Shown: one piece after another, positions 50,936-59,943 of the stretch
Position numbering within the stretch: position 1 is the first letter of the stretch
Layout of the letters: each line of letters starts with the position of its first letter
IMG/VR virus record: IMGVR_UViG_3300023178_000017
Span: 41,280 to 105,279 of that record
Source: a virus
Length of the DNA stretch: 64,000 bases
Direction: 5' to 3' (one strand)
The notes under the pieces: model-generated
Databases searched by the model: none
Told to the model about the DNA's origin: nothing
What the model saw: only the letters and a program-made list of their open reading frames with translations
Translations under genes and position numbers: made by a program

Positions 50936-51471
50936 GCTGTCATAAACCTTGGGACTGGTCTGTTAGTCCACTTTGCAAAATCTTTTTTGTATTTATTGTA
51001 GTAATTTTGATACGCTAGAATGACGTTTGCATTTTTGACATCATCTGGCATTGCAGGTGGTGGTGCTGTAAAACGTCCATCAGGAAGATTATCTGGTGTA
51101 TCAACTAGAATGTCTCTAAGCAATTCGTCTGTCTTATGAACTTTACCATATCGATGTGTGTACTCATCACACAAAGCACAAAAGAGTCTGTACAAGTATT
51201 CATAATTGCCTTTTGATTTACGAGTCCAGACAGCAGTAGGGTGATTGATATGTGAAGCTTTGTAAATCATTGCTTCTTTATAAGCACCATTTAATCGCCA
51301 TCTACGAATGTTTCTACCATTCTTAGTTTTATCCATATACTCAACACCATCTAACATACGATGAGCAGTTGACATAAGTTGAGCATATTCTATGATCATT
51401 TTGACCACGTGTTTGTCGCAGTGCAGTTTAGCACATGTAGTAGGTTTAGTGTCTAAGTAAAATAAATTCAT
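50932..51471 (-). CDS. Pyrimidine-dimer DNA glycosylase (DenV)-like protein
   Basis: MN.FYLD..P..CA..HCDKHVVKMI.E.AQL.STAH, H.NHP, EYT.RYGK.H. Confidence 0.75.
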   Translation of the reverse strand: MNLFYLDTKPTTCAKLHCDKHVVKMIIEYAQLMSTAHRMLDGVEYMDKTKNGRNIRRWRLNGAYKEAMIYKASHINHPTAVWTRKSKGNYEYLYRLFCALCDEYTHRYGKVHKTDELLRDILVDTPDNLPDGRFTAPPPAMPDDVKNANVILAYQNYYNKYKKDFAKWTNRPVPRFMTA

Positions 51472-51480
51472 TCTTCCATC

Positions 51481-52047
51481 CTATCTGTAAAACAAGTGGT
51501 TGTCAATAGTGGTTGTCCTATTTAAACTATCTGCCCAATAAGGATAAACAAAATCTGCATGATAATGAGTAGCGCCTTCTGTTATATCTGTCCATTCACC
51601 ATCATAGACTCGCCTTGCAAGTAGCAAAGATTCAATCCATGTTTTACTATCTTCAGGATAATCCGATTTACCATCGCAGAACCAACTGAACTGACATTGA
51701 TTAAGAACTGGCACCATATTGCCTTTCCAGTTTTCACGCCATTTCGCTTGATACACCACATCACATATTGTATCAGGATATAATGTACTCTCTACACGAT
51801 TCAATACTACGTGTGATACTGCAATCTTACCTACCATAGATTGATTGCCTGATTCAAAGTAAATGTTTTGTGCTAGACAATACACTTCATTGTTCTGATC
51901 AGATGCATGGACTTTCATAGATGCAAACATTATGAAAAGGCCCATTATAAAACCAACTGTTACTGAACTTAAACCAATGAGAAGCCGAATGATCAACTCC
52001 CGTTCTGCTTGTTGTCCGTGGACTCCATACCTATGTCTGTTATTCAT
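51481..52047 (-). CDS. Cell wall hydrolase (SleB / Hydrolase_2) with N-terminal TM anchor
   Basis: CLAQNIYFES, AV..VVLNRV, CQFSW.CDGK, GATHYHA..V.P.W, H.FY; ATGA-coupled start at 52047. Confidence 0.88.
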   Translation of the reverse strand: MNNRHRYGVHGQQAERELIIRLLIGLSSVTVGFIMGLFIMFASMKVHASDQNNEVYCLAQNIYFESGNQSMVGKIAVSHVVLNRVESTLYPDTICDVVYQAKWRENWKGNMVPVLNQCQFSWFCDGKSDYPEDSKTWIESLLLARRVYDGEWTDITEGATHYHADFVYPYWADSLNRTTTIDNHLFYR

Positions 52048-52175
52048 TTCCAAAACTCCTTCTCCCATATGAGAGGTATATTTTTCTTAGTTCGTTTCTC
52101 CTCACTTACCACACAACCGACATACGTGAATAGTCCCATGATTGTGAGAAAGATTATACCAATGAAAATATCCAT
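52044..52175 (-). CDS. Small membrane protein (43 aa)
   Basis: Hand translation MDIFIGIIFLTIMGLFTYVGCVVSEEKRTKKNIPLIWEKEFWK. Confidence 0.55.
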   Translation of the reverse strand: MDIFIGIIFLTIMGLFTYVGCVVSEEKRTKKNIPLIWEKEFWK

Positions 52176-52176
52176 T

Positions 52177-52350
52177 TTAGAATCCGCTAGTCCAGTGAGC
52201 GTACTCCTCTGAACAGTTTACCTCACCACAAACACATGTGCCTTCAGGCAACGTATCTTCAGGTGACGGTGCAAAATCGTTAATATGGTGTTCTACACCA
52301 TGATCATCCACAAATGTGGTGATAATTTCTTTATTATTAGTTATACTCAT
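52177..52350 (-). CDS. Small protein with CxC-x4-C-x5-H motif (57 aa)
   Basis: Hand translation ends CVCGEVNCSEEYAHWTSGF; GGAGG RBS. Confidence 0.6.
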   Translation of the reverse strand: MSITNNKEIITTFVDDHGVEHHINDFAPSPEDTLPEGTCVCGEVNCSEEYAHWTSGF

Positions 52351-52501
52351 TTGTATCCTCCACGTCTTTAATAAACCATAACATTAGTAGGAATCCTACC
52401 ATTATAACACTTAAACTATCTAATGGTAAGAGGGTTTCGTGATTGTTCTCGATACCCCCAGCACCACCTAAAACTAAAATTAAACCTAGTATCAATCTCA
52501 T
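52337..52501 (-). CDS. Small two-TM membrane protein (54 aa)
   Basis: Hand translation MRLILGLILVLGGAGGIE...VIMVGFLLMLWFIKD. Confidence 0.55.
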   Translation of the reverse strand: MRLILGLILVLGGAGGIENNHETLLPLDSLSVIMVGFLLMLWFIKDVEDTNEYN

Positions 52502-52504
52502 AAC

Positions 52505-52837
52505 TTACCTCAAATAATCAGGACCATATTTTCTCATACCAAACACATCGTAGCCATCGAATAGATTACCACGTGGTGCATTCAGAGCAGGTTTTGCCCA
52601 CCCAGCAGATTTAAGAACATCACCAACTTTGAAAGACACGCCTTTCTTGGTTGTGAACTCAGTCAGGTTAATGAAACCCCAAACACATCTTTGGTATTCA
52701 TTGTTTTGGATTATCTTAAGATACTTACGACCTATCTCATAATTCCAGTGATAGTCTGTAAGGGTAGGGAATTGATTAAGGTGTTCTGATTTAAGATCAT
52801 CACACAATTTATCGCATAGATAGATTAAGTCTTTCAT
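52505..52837 (-). CDS. Conserved phage hypothetical protein
   Basis: GRKYLKI, GDVLKSAGWAKPA..PRGN motif; AAGGAG RBS before 52837. Confidence 0.7.
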   Translation of the reverse strand: MKDLIYLCDKLCDDLKSEHLNQFPTLTDYHWNYEIGRKYLKIIQNNEYQRCVWGFINLTEFTTKKGVSFKVGDVLKSAGWAKPALNAPRGNLFDGYDVFGMRKYGPDYLR

Positions 52838-52891
52838 ATTGTCTCCTTTTTTAATCATCATGGTTATCCTTACATTTTTTGGGGGTCATTG

Positions 52892-53140
52892 TCAACCCTT
52901 AACGTCAAGATAATGTCTCAAGGCAATACGTTCATTCTCAGTCAAATCAGTGACGGATTTGATACGAGACCATGGTGTTCCTATTGTAGTTAACTTATTG
53001 CCACATACAACGGCTGCATTCCACATCAAATCGTCTTTGGGATATAGTTTGTTTTCTTCACATAATGTAATCATGTGACGACCATACGCTACGAGTTGTT
53101 TGACAGCTTTACTGTCTTCGTAACACGAATAGTTAGACAT
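52892..53140 (-). CDS. Hypothetical early protein
   Basis: AGGAG RBS before 53140; upstream promoter. Confidence 0.65.
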   Translation of the reverse strand: MSNYSCYEDSKAVKQLVAYGRHMITLCEENKLYPKDDLMWNAAVVCGNKLTTIGTPWSRIKSVTDLTENERIALRHYLDVKG

Positions 53141-53168
53141 AGTAATTCTCCTATTTAATATAAGAGAC

Positions 53169-53198
53169 ATAATACTAAAAAATGGAGGTTATTGTCAA
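53169..53198 (-). promoter_or_regulatory. Sigma70-like early promoter
   Basis: TTGACA-18 nt-TATTAT. Confidence 0.65.
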
Positions 53199-53443
53199 AT
53201 ACCTTTTTGGATATCGTTAAGTATTTGTATTTGTTTTTGGATCATTTCTGAACGATTAGGCCAATAGATATAATCCTTGTCACTATCTTTCATTAAATTT
53301 TCCAATAGAGGTCTGATAAAGTTATCCATCTTATCAATAACTTCATTTGCTGTTGTTGTTTTTTCTACGATCTTAGTATCTACAGAAGCAAGTTCTTCTG
53401 CATCCATAGCTGTAAAACCGAAATCGTTATATTCTATACTCAT
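53195..53443 (-). CDS. Conserved hypothetical protein
   Basis: DFGFTA.D..EL, PLLENL.K...KDYIYWPNR; TATAAATA at 53449-53456. Confidence 0.75.
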   Translation of the reverse strand: MSIEYNDFGFTAMDAEELASVDTKIVEKTTTANEVIDKMDNFIRPLLENLMKDSDKDYIYWPNRSEMIQKQIQILNDIQKGI

Positions 53444-53451
53444 ATGGGTAT

Positions 53452-53640
53452 TTATATCTTATTCCACACTCTTTCGTGGACAAAGTATATGATCATCTTG
53501 GCAAAGAACTCAACACCACCGATACTCAATGCGATTGATATATCACCAATAAAGATGTATGCGATGAGTATCGTTGTTATGGTGGCGGTTATTCTCCAAC
53601 TAAATGTTTTAGCTAGAGACTTCTTTATTGAGTCTGGCAT
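53452..53640 (-). CDS. DUF2061-like membrane protein
   Basis: S..KSLAKTFSWRI..T, K..IYF.HER.W. Confidence 0.8.
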   Translation of the reverse strand: MPDSIKKSLAKTFSWRITATITTILIAYIFIGDISIALSIGGVEFFAKMIIYFVHERVWNKI

Positions 53641-53980
53641 TTCTTATTTTAGTGGCACTGATACTTTCTATTTCAGCACCTAGTGTTTCTTGTTCTATCT
53701 TGTAACCAACATCACGACCATATGTTATGTGTGTAATGTTAGGAACTCTTAAAATTGTAAAATCATCTAGTACACTAAAACCCTCTTTTGCTAATGCAAC
53801 AACGATTTCATTTTCTCGTTCTTCAAAATCAAAAGGGTTACTATCTGTACCGTCTTGTTCTCTAAGTAAGATAACTACTTGACCAGTTTTGGCAATTGCT
53901 CTTTTAAATAACTCTGTATGCCCTTGGTGCCACGGTTGAAATCTTCCAAGGAGTTGTGTAGTTGGTTTAGTCCAATCCAT
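53609..53980 (-). CDS. HIGH-family nucleotidyltransferase
   Basis: GRFQPWHQGH, NPF...ER, YGRDVGY, ISATKIR. Confidence 0.85.
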   Translation of the reverse strand: MDWTKPTTQLLGRFQPWHQGHTELFKRAIAKTGQVVILLREQDGTDSNPFDFEERENEIVVALAKEGFSVLDDFTILRVPNITHITYGRDVGYKIEQETLGAEIESISATKIRNARLNKEVSS

Positions 53981-54312
53981 TTTGTAATCCTTAAATCATA
54001 TTTATCTGGTTCTTGAAAAACTTTGTTGGTGTCTTCAAATCTACTTTCTTCGATTGTGTCCATCCATATGGTGAAATCAGCGTCTATCACGTCTCTCATC
54101 TTTGGTAGTGGACAAACAAAATCAAATATACCGAAGTCATAGAAAGACATGCGATATGCCTGTCTAAGTCTTCCTTCATCCGAGAAATCCCAATCGTCTG
54201 CTTTTTCTCTTAACGTATCAGCATTAAAATGCGGAATTAAAAAGTGATAGGAAAGTTCTCTAGCTAGAGTTGTCTTTCCCGATCCTGGTAACCCCATGAT
54301 CAATATTTTCAT
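53875..54312 (-). CDS. Adenylylsulfate kinase-like P-loop kinase
   Basis: GLPGSGKTT, NAD.LR, DFS.EGR.RQA, FVCP, FQEP. Confidence 0.75.
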   Translation of the reverse strand: MKILIMGLPGSGKTTLARELSYHFLIPHFNADTLREKADDWDFSDEGRLRQAYRMSFYDFGIFDFVCPLPKMRDVIDADFTIWMDTIEESRFEDTNKVFQEPDKYDLRITKWIGLNQLHNSLEDFNRGTKGIQSYLKEQLPKLVK

Positions 54313-54727
54313 ATATTACAATGTGACGTTCCTTATCGTCTGTTTGTTCGATCATCTTCAAAGTTATACCGTTACCTACGGTAAACTTGCTATTATATAG
54401 TACGATGAATTGTGAATCTTCATCTGGATTAATGTCTGTATATTTTGGGTTTCTTCTTGGATTAAACCAATACAATTTGCTCTTTTGTTGAGTATCAGAT
54501 ATTTTTAATACAGATAGTTCTAGTCTATCTTCTAGTTCATCTACCCATACATCATTGCATTCGTATCTACATCCAAGATAAGATGAAAAGAGAGGAGGTA
54601 AGTCCAAACGAACAGCACCCTCGATGTTCGAAAGTTCTGATTCGTAGTTTGGACTTATTTGTTCTGGTAATATATTTCTAACTATCGACCTAGAAATATC
54701 CACCGTCCCTGTGATCATCGGAATCAT
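54260..54727 (-). CDS. Hypothetical protein
   Basis: ORF within the operon; start uncertain. Confidence 0.6.
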   Translation of the reverse strand: MIPMITGTVDISRSIVRNILPEQISPNYESELSNIEGAVRLDLPPLFSSYLGCRYECNDVWVDELEDRLELSVLKISDTQQKSKLYWFNPRRNPKYTDINPDEDSQFIVLYNSKFTVGNGITLKMIEQTDDKERHIVIYENIDHGVTRIGKDNSS

Positions 54728-55946
54728 CTGAACCGTCCTTTACATCTGTTTCACTAGCGGCAATAAATTCGCCTGCATCTTGTAAAGACTGAATGTAATC
54801 TTGTGTTGCTAGAACGAATTTAGAAATCATTTCTTCTTTAGTTAATGATGTAACGATGCCCTCAAAGTTTAGAGCATCAGCGGTTTCAGCGATGGTTTTT
54901 TTAGTCATTGATTTTAACTCTGACTCAGAAGGTATTACGATTTCTTCGAATTCTTCTTCTGCTTCATCTAACTCTTCGTCTAAGGACTTTTGTCTGAGTT
55001 CGTTTTTTTCATCAACAGCGGCCTGCAAATCTTCTAACGAGTCATATGACTTGATTGGTTTATCTAGTCTTGCTTCGATTGTTTTACCTTCTTCTATTTG
55101 GACTTTAAGATTAGGTGCATTGCCACCTGTAATCGTTGGTCCTGAGAATGTAGGTTTTGTTTCTTCGTCTTCTTCTGCGACTTTAAGTGTAGGTAAGTCT
55201 TCACCTAAGTCTGTAATTTCCTCATCAATCAGATCATGAGCGGCTGCCATGTCTTCATCTTTAACAGTAGGTTTAACTTCTGCTTCTGATTGAACTGACT
55301 CTACTTCTTTTAGGAACTCTTCTGTACCTTTTGCATCTTCTGGTACATCTAATGTAAACTCTTCTGGTTCAAATAATTTTGCTTCAGGTTCTTCTTCTTT
55401 TTGAGCTCGACCAGCTCGAATCATTTCCCATGCTTTTGATTTTGGTTTAGGTTCTGGTGCAGGCGTAGGCGCTGGTGCTAATGCAGGCGGTTCTACGTCC
55501 ATAGAAGTGACATTGCTTTGTACACCTTGTAGTGCTTCTAGTTTTGCTAAAGCAATCTTTAATTCTTGTTCAGCAGTTTTTCTTGCAACTCTCTCATTGA
55601 CTATCTCTTGTTCTTTTTCTGCTTCACGTTTTGCAAGTTCTTCTTGTTTAGCAGCCAGTTCTGTTTCTGCTAATTCTTGTAAACGTCTTTGTGCTCTTTC
55701 GAGTTCTGTATTGTAGTCAATTGATGCTTTGTTAAATTCGTCTCTAACAACAATAAGTGCCTCTAGTTCATTAGATTTAACTAGACCTGCCTTAAGTTGT
55801 GATTCTAATAATGCTGGAACAACTGATAGAATCTTTGGGTCTATCTGTGCTTTGTAGTTTTGAATACGCTCACGAATTCGTTCTGACTCAGATTTCTCTG
55901 CGACTTGTTCTTGAGCGAATGCTGATTTCACTTCATTTTCTGCCAT
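54690..55946 (-). CDS. Acidic coiled-coil hypothetical protein
   Basis: 418 aa, E/K-rich, PAP linker; GAGG RBS. Confidence 0.75.
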   Translation of the reverse strand: MAENEVKSAFAQEQVAEKSESERIRERIQNYKAQIDPKILSVVPALLESQLKAGLVKSNELEALIVVRDEFNKASIDYNTELERAQRRLQELAETELAAKQEELAKREAEKEQEIVNERVARKTAEQELKIALAKLEALQGVQSNVTSMDVEPPALAPAPTPAPEPKPKSKAWEMIRAGRAQKEEEPEAKLFEPEEFTLDVPEDAKGTEEFLKEVESVQSEAEVKPTVKDEDMAAAHDLIDEEITDLGEDLPTLKVAEEDEETKPTFSGPTITGGNAPNLKVQIEEGKTIEARLDKPIKSYDSLEDLQAAVDEKNELRQKSLDEELDEAEEEFEEIVIPSESELKSMTKKTIAETADALNFEGIVTSLTKEEMISKFVLATQDYIQSLQDAGEFIAASETDVKDGSDDSDDHRDGGYF

Positions 55947-56066
55947 AATTTTTTTATCCTCAAAATATCCATGGAGTCGGACTCGACCAGAAAGTTTACA
56001 TATCGGAAAGTATTATAAACTCTCCCTTTAATTCTATGTATAGTCCCTGCCGACTAATATATTTAT

Positions 56067-56585
56067 TTAAAATTGAACTGTAGGAAAAGCTTTCTGAGCA
56101 AGTTCCTTAGTGATATTTTTAAAGGGGTTAACCTTATCTTTCACTAGTTCCATCATTTCTGCCTCTTTAGCAGGAATGCTTTCAAGTAGTTCTATCCACA
56201 TTGTTTCACGTCTAAGTTGTGGTACTTGTTCTGTAGTAAAGTATTTGAACTTTCTAGTTTCAAACTTTAACTGTGACTCTGATAGATCAGGACCTGGTGC
56301 ATCGTTAGGTTTGTAAGGTGTTTTACCTTCAGGTAGTGTTGACTTGATGTTGTCGCTGAACAACCATTGTAACACATATCTTACAGCACCGTTTCTGTCC
56401 TGAAATGCTCTCAATCCATTAACTGCATTATCTTCGTTATCTTCTGCCACTAAATTAGCTTGGCATAGAATCTCAAAGCAGTCTGCATTTTTTGTAAGGT
56501 TAATCCTCTCAGTCACCAACTCCATTTTAGGTTTGTTTGGTGCACCTTTTGGTCGACCTCTTCCTCGTTTTTTCTCTGTACTCAT
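56067..56585 (-). CDS. Conserved T4-like hypothetical protein with N-terminal AT-hook-like motif
   Basis: KRGRGRPKG; LPEG.TPYKPN; RRE.MWI.LLE. Confidence 0.75.
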   Translation of the reverse strand: MSTEKKRGRGRPKGAPNKPKMELVTERINLTKNADCFEILCQANLVAEDNEDNAVNGLRAFQDRNGAVRYVLQWLFSDNIKSTLPEGKTPYKPNDAPGPDLSESQLKFETRKFKYFTTEQVPQLRRETMWIELLESIPAKEAEMMELVKDKVNPFKNITKELAQKAFPTVQF

Positions 56586-57418
56586 AATATTGCAAAATCT
56601 CCTGCATGATCTAGTAGTTGATTGAGTCTATGTTTCTGCAAGTATGGTAAAACATTACCAATAACAATTGCAGTTTGTTTATACTCATCTAATATAGATT
56701 GTTCTATATCATCTGGTATAAAACTCAAATCAATCAACGTTTGATTTCTTAAATAGTTACGATAGTATTTATCATCGGATTCAATACTAATCCTAAGATA
56801 TTTTTCTAACATATTTTTTCTTAATGGTGTCTGTCTGATACCTTGATCTAAACAATCATCGTTAGATAGAATGTTTGGTATGCCATCTGACTTATCACCT
56901 TTAAGAATGTGTTCTTGTAGAAACAGACTAGGGTCTTCACACTGTACAAACTTGTTTAAGTTTGGAGACCACTGAGTTACGTTCTGATCATGTAACTGTT
57001 GAAAGTCTTTATCACCTGACACAATCAGTACAGGTTCAGTGGCGTGTTTGACTAGTACAGCAATGATATCATCTGCCTCACATCTTTCAACGTACATGTA
57101 TCTGTAAGGAAAGTTATCACGTATTTCCTCTTTAACTTTCTGTAACGTATCAAAGATTAAAGTCCAATCTCTATCGTCTGCTTCACGTGACTTCTTACGA
57201 TTTGCTTTATACAAAGGGAAGAAATCTCTACGCCATGGATTACCTGCATCTGTACAAAGAACTATTTCTCCATACTCGTCAGCATATCTTTTCTGGTAAT
57301 TTCTAAGAGAATTAAGAATCATATGACGTAGCATATTCTCATTAATCTCGTCATTGTTACTCTTTAGTTGTGCCATCAACCCAGCAATGATGGTCTGAGT
57401 AAAGTCTATTAATATCAT
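56582..57418 (-). CDS. rnh: T4-type RNase H (5'-3' exonuclease)
   Basis: WRRD.FP.YK.NR, EADDII, SGDKDFQQL, GD.SDGIPN. Confidence 0.93.
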   Translation of the reverse strand: MILIDFTQTIIAGLMAQLKSNNDEINENMLRHMILNSLRNYQKRYADEYGEIVLCTDAGNPWRRDFFPLYKANRKKSREADDRDWTLIFDTLQKVKEEIRDNFPYRYMYVERCEADDIIAVLVKHATEPVLIVSGDKDFQQLHDQNVTQWSPNLNKFVQCEDPSLFLQEHILKGDKSDGIPNILSNDDCLDQGIRQTPLRKNMLEKYLRISIESDDKYYRNYLRNQTLIDLSFIPDDIEQSILDEYKQTAIVIGNVLPYLQKHRLNQLLDHAGDFAIL

Positions 57419-57425
57419 GTTATAA

Positions 57426-57455
57426 ATGGTACATTATAATGTGTGTTACCGTCAA
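57426..57455 (-). promoter_or_regulatory. Sigma70-like promoter of rnh
   Basis: TTGACG-18 nt-TACCAT, 7 nt before the ATG. Confidence 0.55.
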
Positions 57456-57462
57456 TAGGGTT

Positions 57463-57894
57463 TTACTGTCTAAACTTTCTACCCTTGTTCGCTTCTATAT
57501 CTGCTAGTCTTTCTTGGTGTTTTTTCTTTGCTTTGTTTCTTATTCGTTTGAGTTGTGTTTCTGACTTCCATTTGGACTCGTTGAGTGCTATGTACTTATC
57601 ACACCCCTCCTGCATCTGTAGAAGAAACTGGATGAATCTTTTCTTTTGGGGCTTAGTCATGAATGAGTATCCTTCAATCAATTGTTCCTCGTCACTCTGG
57701 AGTTCTTCCAGCTGGGGGTTGAATTCCTCTCTAATCATTAAGACTAATCTCTTTTTGAAACCTAGTTGTTTTAGATACTTGTCCATTTTGAAATTGGACT
57801 TGTAATTATTATCCATGAAGCAATCGATTTGGTACTCCACCTCACCCATGGCGTTGGCGACCTTTCGTTTCATTGCTTCTTGTATTTTGTTCAT
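57463..57894 (-). CDS. Hypothetical protein
   Basis: D.QL.EGYS motif; coupled start. Confidence 0.7.
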   Translation of the reverse strand: MNKIQEAMKRKVANAMGEVEYQIDCFMDNNYKSNFKMDKYLKQLGFKKRLVLMIREEFNPQLEELQSDEEQLIEGYSFMTKPQKKRFIQFLLQMQEGCDKYIALNESKWKSETQLKRIRNKAKKKHQERLADIEANKGRKFRQ

Positions 57895-58529
57895 TACTTA
57901 AAATTAATATTACCTGCTACGCTTACTCGTACAGCATCTTCTTGGTAGAATGCAAACACCGTATGTTTTAACCATGACGGAAACATTAAGATATCGCCAG
58001 GTTCAGGAAAGAAATTGTATTCTGTCCAGTTAAGAAAGTTATTTTCTCCATAGAGTAGATCAATACTTCCACCTAACTTTCTCTGGCCTTCTTCTATCTG
58101 TGCCCTATCATCATACTCATTTTGTTGTACAGTGCTGTAGTCAATGGTATTTTTGGTATATAGAACAAATGAGAATGCACCATTGTGCATGTGTGGTGGA
58201 TTATACTCTCTTGCCCTTTGGAAGTTGACCCATAATCCGTCTAATGCGAAGTGATCTTTTGTCCATGTAGCGTCTTGTTCTTTGAATACGCCATTGTAAT
58301 ACATGGCTGCTACACCTAATATCTCATCGATAGCGGCTTGCGACATATCTTCTTGTATGACCATTTGTTTTTTGACACGACCAGCTAAACGACCTGAAGC
58401 ATCTTTTTCTTCAGGAACATCCTGATTCTCATACTTATCTAAACGTGATTGAAACTCACTTAATATACTATCATCAATTTGTCCCACAAAGATTGGTGGT
58501 CCAAATGGAAAAAAAGTTTGACCTTTCAT
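57894..58529 (-). CDS. Putative 2OG-Fe(II) oxygenase
   Basis: WVNFQ..EYNPPH.H.G..S.V.Y, FPSWL.H.V, R.SVAGN. Confidence 0.85.
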   Translation of the reverse strand: MKGQTFFPFGPPIFVGQIDDSILSEFQSRLDKYENQDVPEEKDASGRLAGRVKKQMVIQEDMSQAAIDEILGVAAMYYNGVFKEQDATWTKDHFALDGLWVNFQRAREYNPPHMHNGAFSFVLYTKNTIDYSTVQQNEYDDRAQIEEGQRKLGGSIDLLYGENNFLNWTEYNFFPEPGDILMFPSWLKHTVFAFYQEDAVRVSVAGNINFK

Positions 58530-59071
58530 AATCCTTCTCCCTCATACATTGTTTCTACATGTATGTTATTTTTATTTGCAATTGCAATCTGTTCATCCCA
58601 CCATGTTGATGGTTTAACAGTACAGTGAGCATTTTCTCCTGTTTTCAATGTAGCGAAAGCTGGGCGACAACTAATGTTGAAGTAAACACACTTCGTTGCT
58701 CGTGCAAATATTTTTTCTAGTTCTTCTTGTATGTGATTCTCAGGTATATGTTCCATGACATCTGTACAGATGACAGCATCGAATGGTCCATCTGGTAACT
58801 CTTGCCACATTTCTACTCCTGGATCATAACACTCAGGAATAAAACCCCATACTTTTTCTGGATGAATAAACACTTTTGGATCGGCAAATGGATTGTAATA
58901 GTATTGATAACCTTTACCACAACCAAAGTCTAATGCATTCTTAACATCATGTGTTTCGAACATTAACTTAATAAGTGGTGCATGTTTACTTAATGACCAA
59001 CCTGCCCATTGTTCTTCACTGTCTTCATGACCTGATCTGTATAAATCGATTAGCCTTTCTCGTTCATTCAT
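58526..59071 (-). CDS. Class I SAM-dependent methyltransferase
   Basis: LDFGCGKG, YDPG, FD.VICTDV.EHIPE, NAH.TV...WW. Confidence 0.85.
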   Translation of the reverse strand: MNERERLIDLYRSGHEDSEEQWAGWSLSKHAPLIKLMFETHDVKNALDFGCGKGYQYYYNPFADPKVFIHPEKVWGFIPECYDPGVEMWQELPDGPFDAVICTDVMEHIPENHIQEELEKIFARATKCVYFNISCRPAFATLKTGENAHCTVKPSTWWDEQIAIANKNNIHVETMYEGEGL

Positions 59072-59396
59072 TGTGTAGTTTGATGAATGCTTCTGCATCT
59101 ATAACAATTAGAGGTTTGTGATGATTACGTTTTATAACCACAACTGGTTCGTAACCTTTACAGTTTGCCTCTGCCTGTTTGTATGCTTCCCATACATTCA
59201 CCTTCTCCTGATTCTTACATTCTATACTATAGGAAAATTTTTGTCTAGTCTGTTTTCCCATAATCACATCTTCACCACTAGAACCCATTGGTCTAGATTC
59301 GATATCTTCGGGATCGGCTTTAAGGTGTTCGACTAGTTTTTCTACAACCCACTTTTGTAGGTTTCTACCTTTTGCTTTTGCTGACGCTGTTTTCAT
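59064..59396 (-). CDS. PD-(D/E)XK nuclease, Holliday junction resolvase-like
   Basis: SAKAKGR.LQ, MG..GED, SIECKNQE, KRN. Confidence 0.75.
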   Translation of the reverse strand: MKTASAKAKGRNLQKWVVEKLVEHLKADPEDIESRPMGSSGEDVIMGKQTRQKFSYSIECKNQEKVNVWEAYKQAEANCKGYEPVVVIKRNHHKPLIVIDAEAFIKLHNE

Positions 59397-59535
59397 AATC
59401 TAATATTTCTTGGCTCACTTTAGTTTCCCATACCCATGGTATAAGACCATGTACGATGAGAATACCTGCCATTCTCCATGCATGTAGAAGATGTTGAAAA
59501 TAATTCATGTGTGTGCTTCGTAAATGGCTAAACAT
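59365..59535 (-). CDS. Small hypothetical protein
   Basis: HL....MNYFQHL..A....VHG.IP motif; start uncertain. Confidence 0.6.
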   Translation of the reverse strand: MFSHLRSTHMNYFQHLLHAWRMAGILIVHGLIPWVWETKVSQEILDYENSVSKSKR

Positions 59536-59548
59536 GGTTGCTCTAAGA

Positions 59549-59935
59549 TTAGCCAACATTAATTGCAAAGATTTTCTTTTCATCTTGTTCTACTTTATTT
59601 AAGTCAAAGTTAATAGAGACACCACAACCACATGAAGCCTCTTCTTTAGGATTTATAAATTTAAATACTTCATTGAGACCTTCTTTGCGAAAGTCGAGTG
59701 TCATTCCTAGTAAATAGGGTAATGAGAGTTTGTCTATAACGAACTGCAATTCGCCGTAATCTACTACAACGTCTCCGTCAGCATCAGGTCTATCGCTAGT
59801 AGAATCAAAAATATACTCAAAGCCAGCGCAACCTCCGCCTGTAATCCCAAGCCGTATATAACTAAATCGTTCTTTTTCTTTTTTCGAAAGAAGTTTTTGA
59901 ATAGCTTCATCTGTTACCTCTATGATAGTTTCCAT
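59549..59935 (-). CDS. iscA: A-type Fe-S cluster carrier (IscA/SufA/HesB)
   Basis: GGGCAGFEY, F.F.NP, SCGCG.S. Confidence 0.9.
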   Translation of the reverse strand: METIIEVTDEAIQKLLSKKEKERFSYIRLGITGGGCAGFEYIFDSTSDRPDADGDVVVDYGELQFVIDKLSLPYLLGMTLDFRKEGLNEVFKFINPKEEASCGCGVSINFDLNKVEQDEKKIFAINVG

Positions 59936-59943
59936 GTAGGTAT

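Noticed and set aside
36597-59583. Alternative genetic code explaining the many 30-100 nt gene overlaps
   Set aside because: Core genes are full length under the standard code and use TAA, TAG and TGA as stops; several overlaps shrink once starts are corrected.
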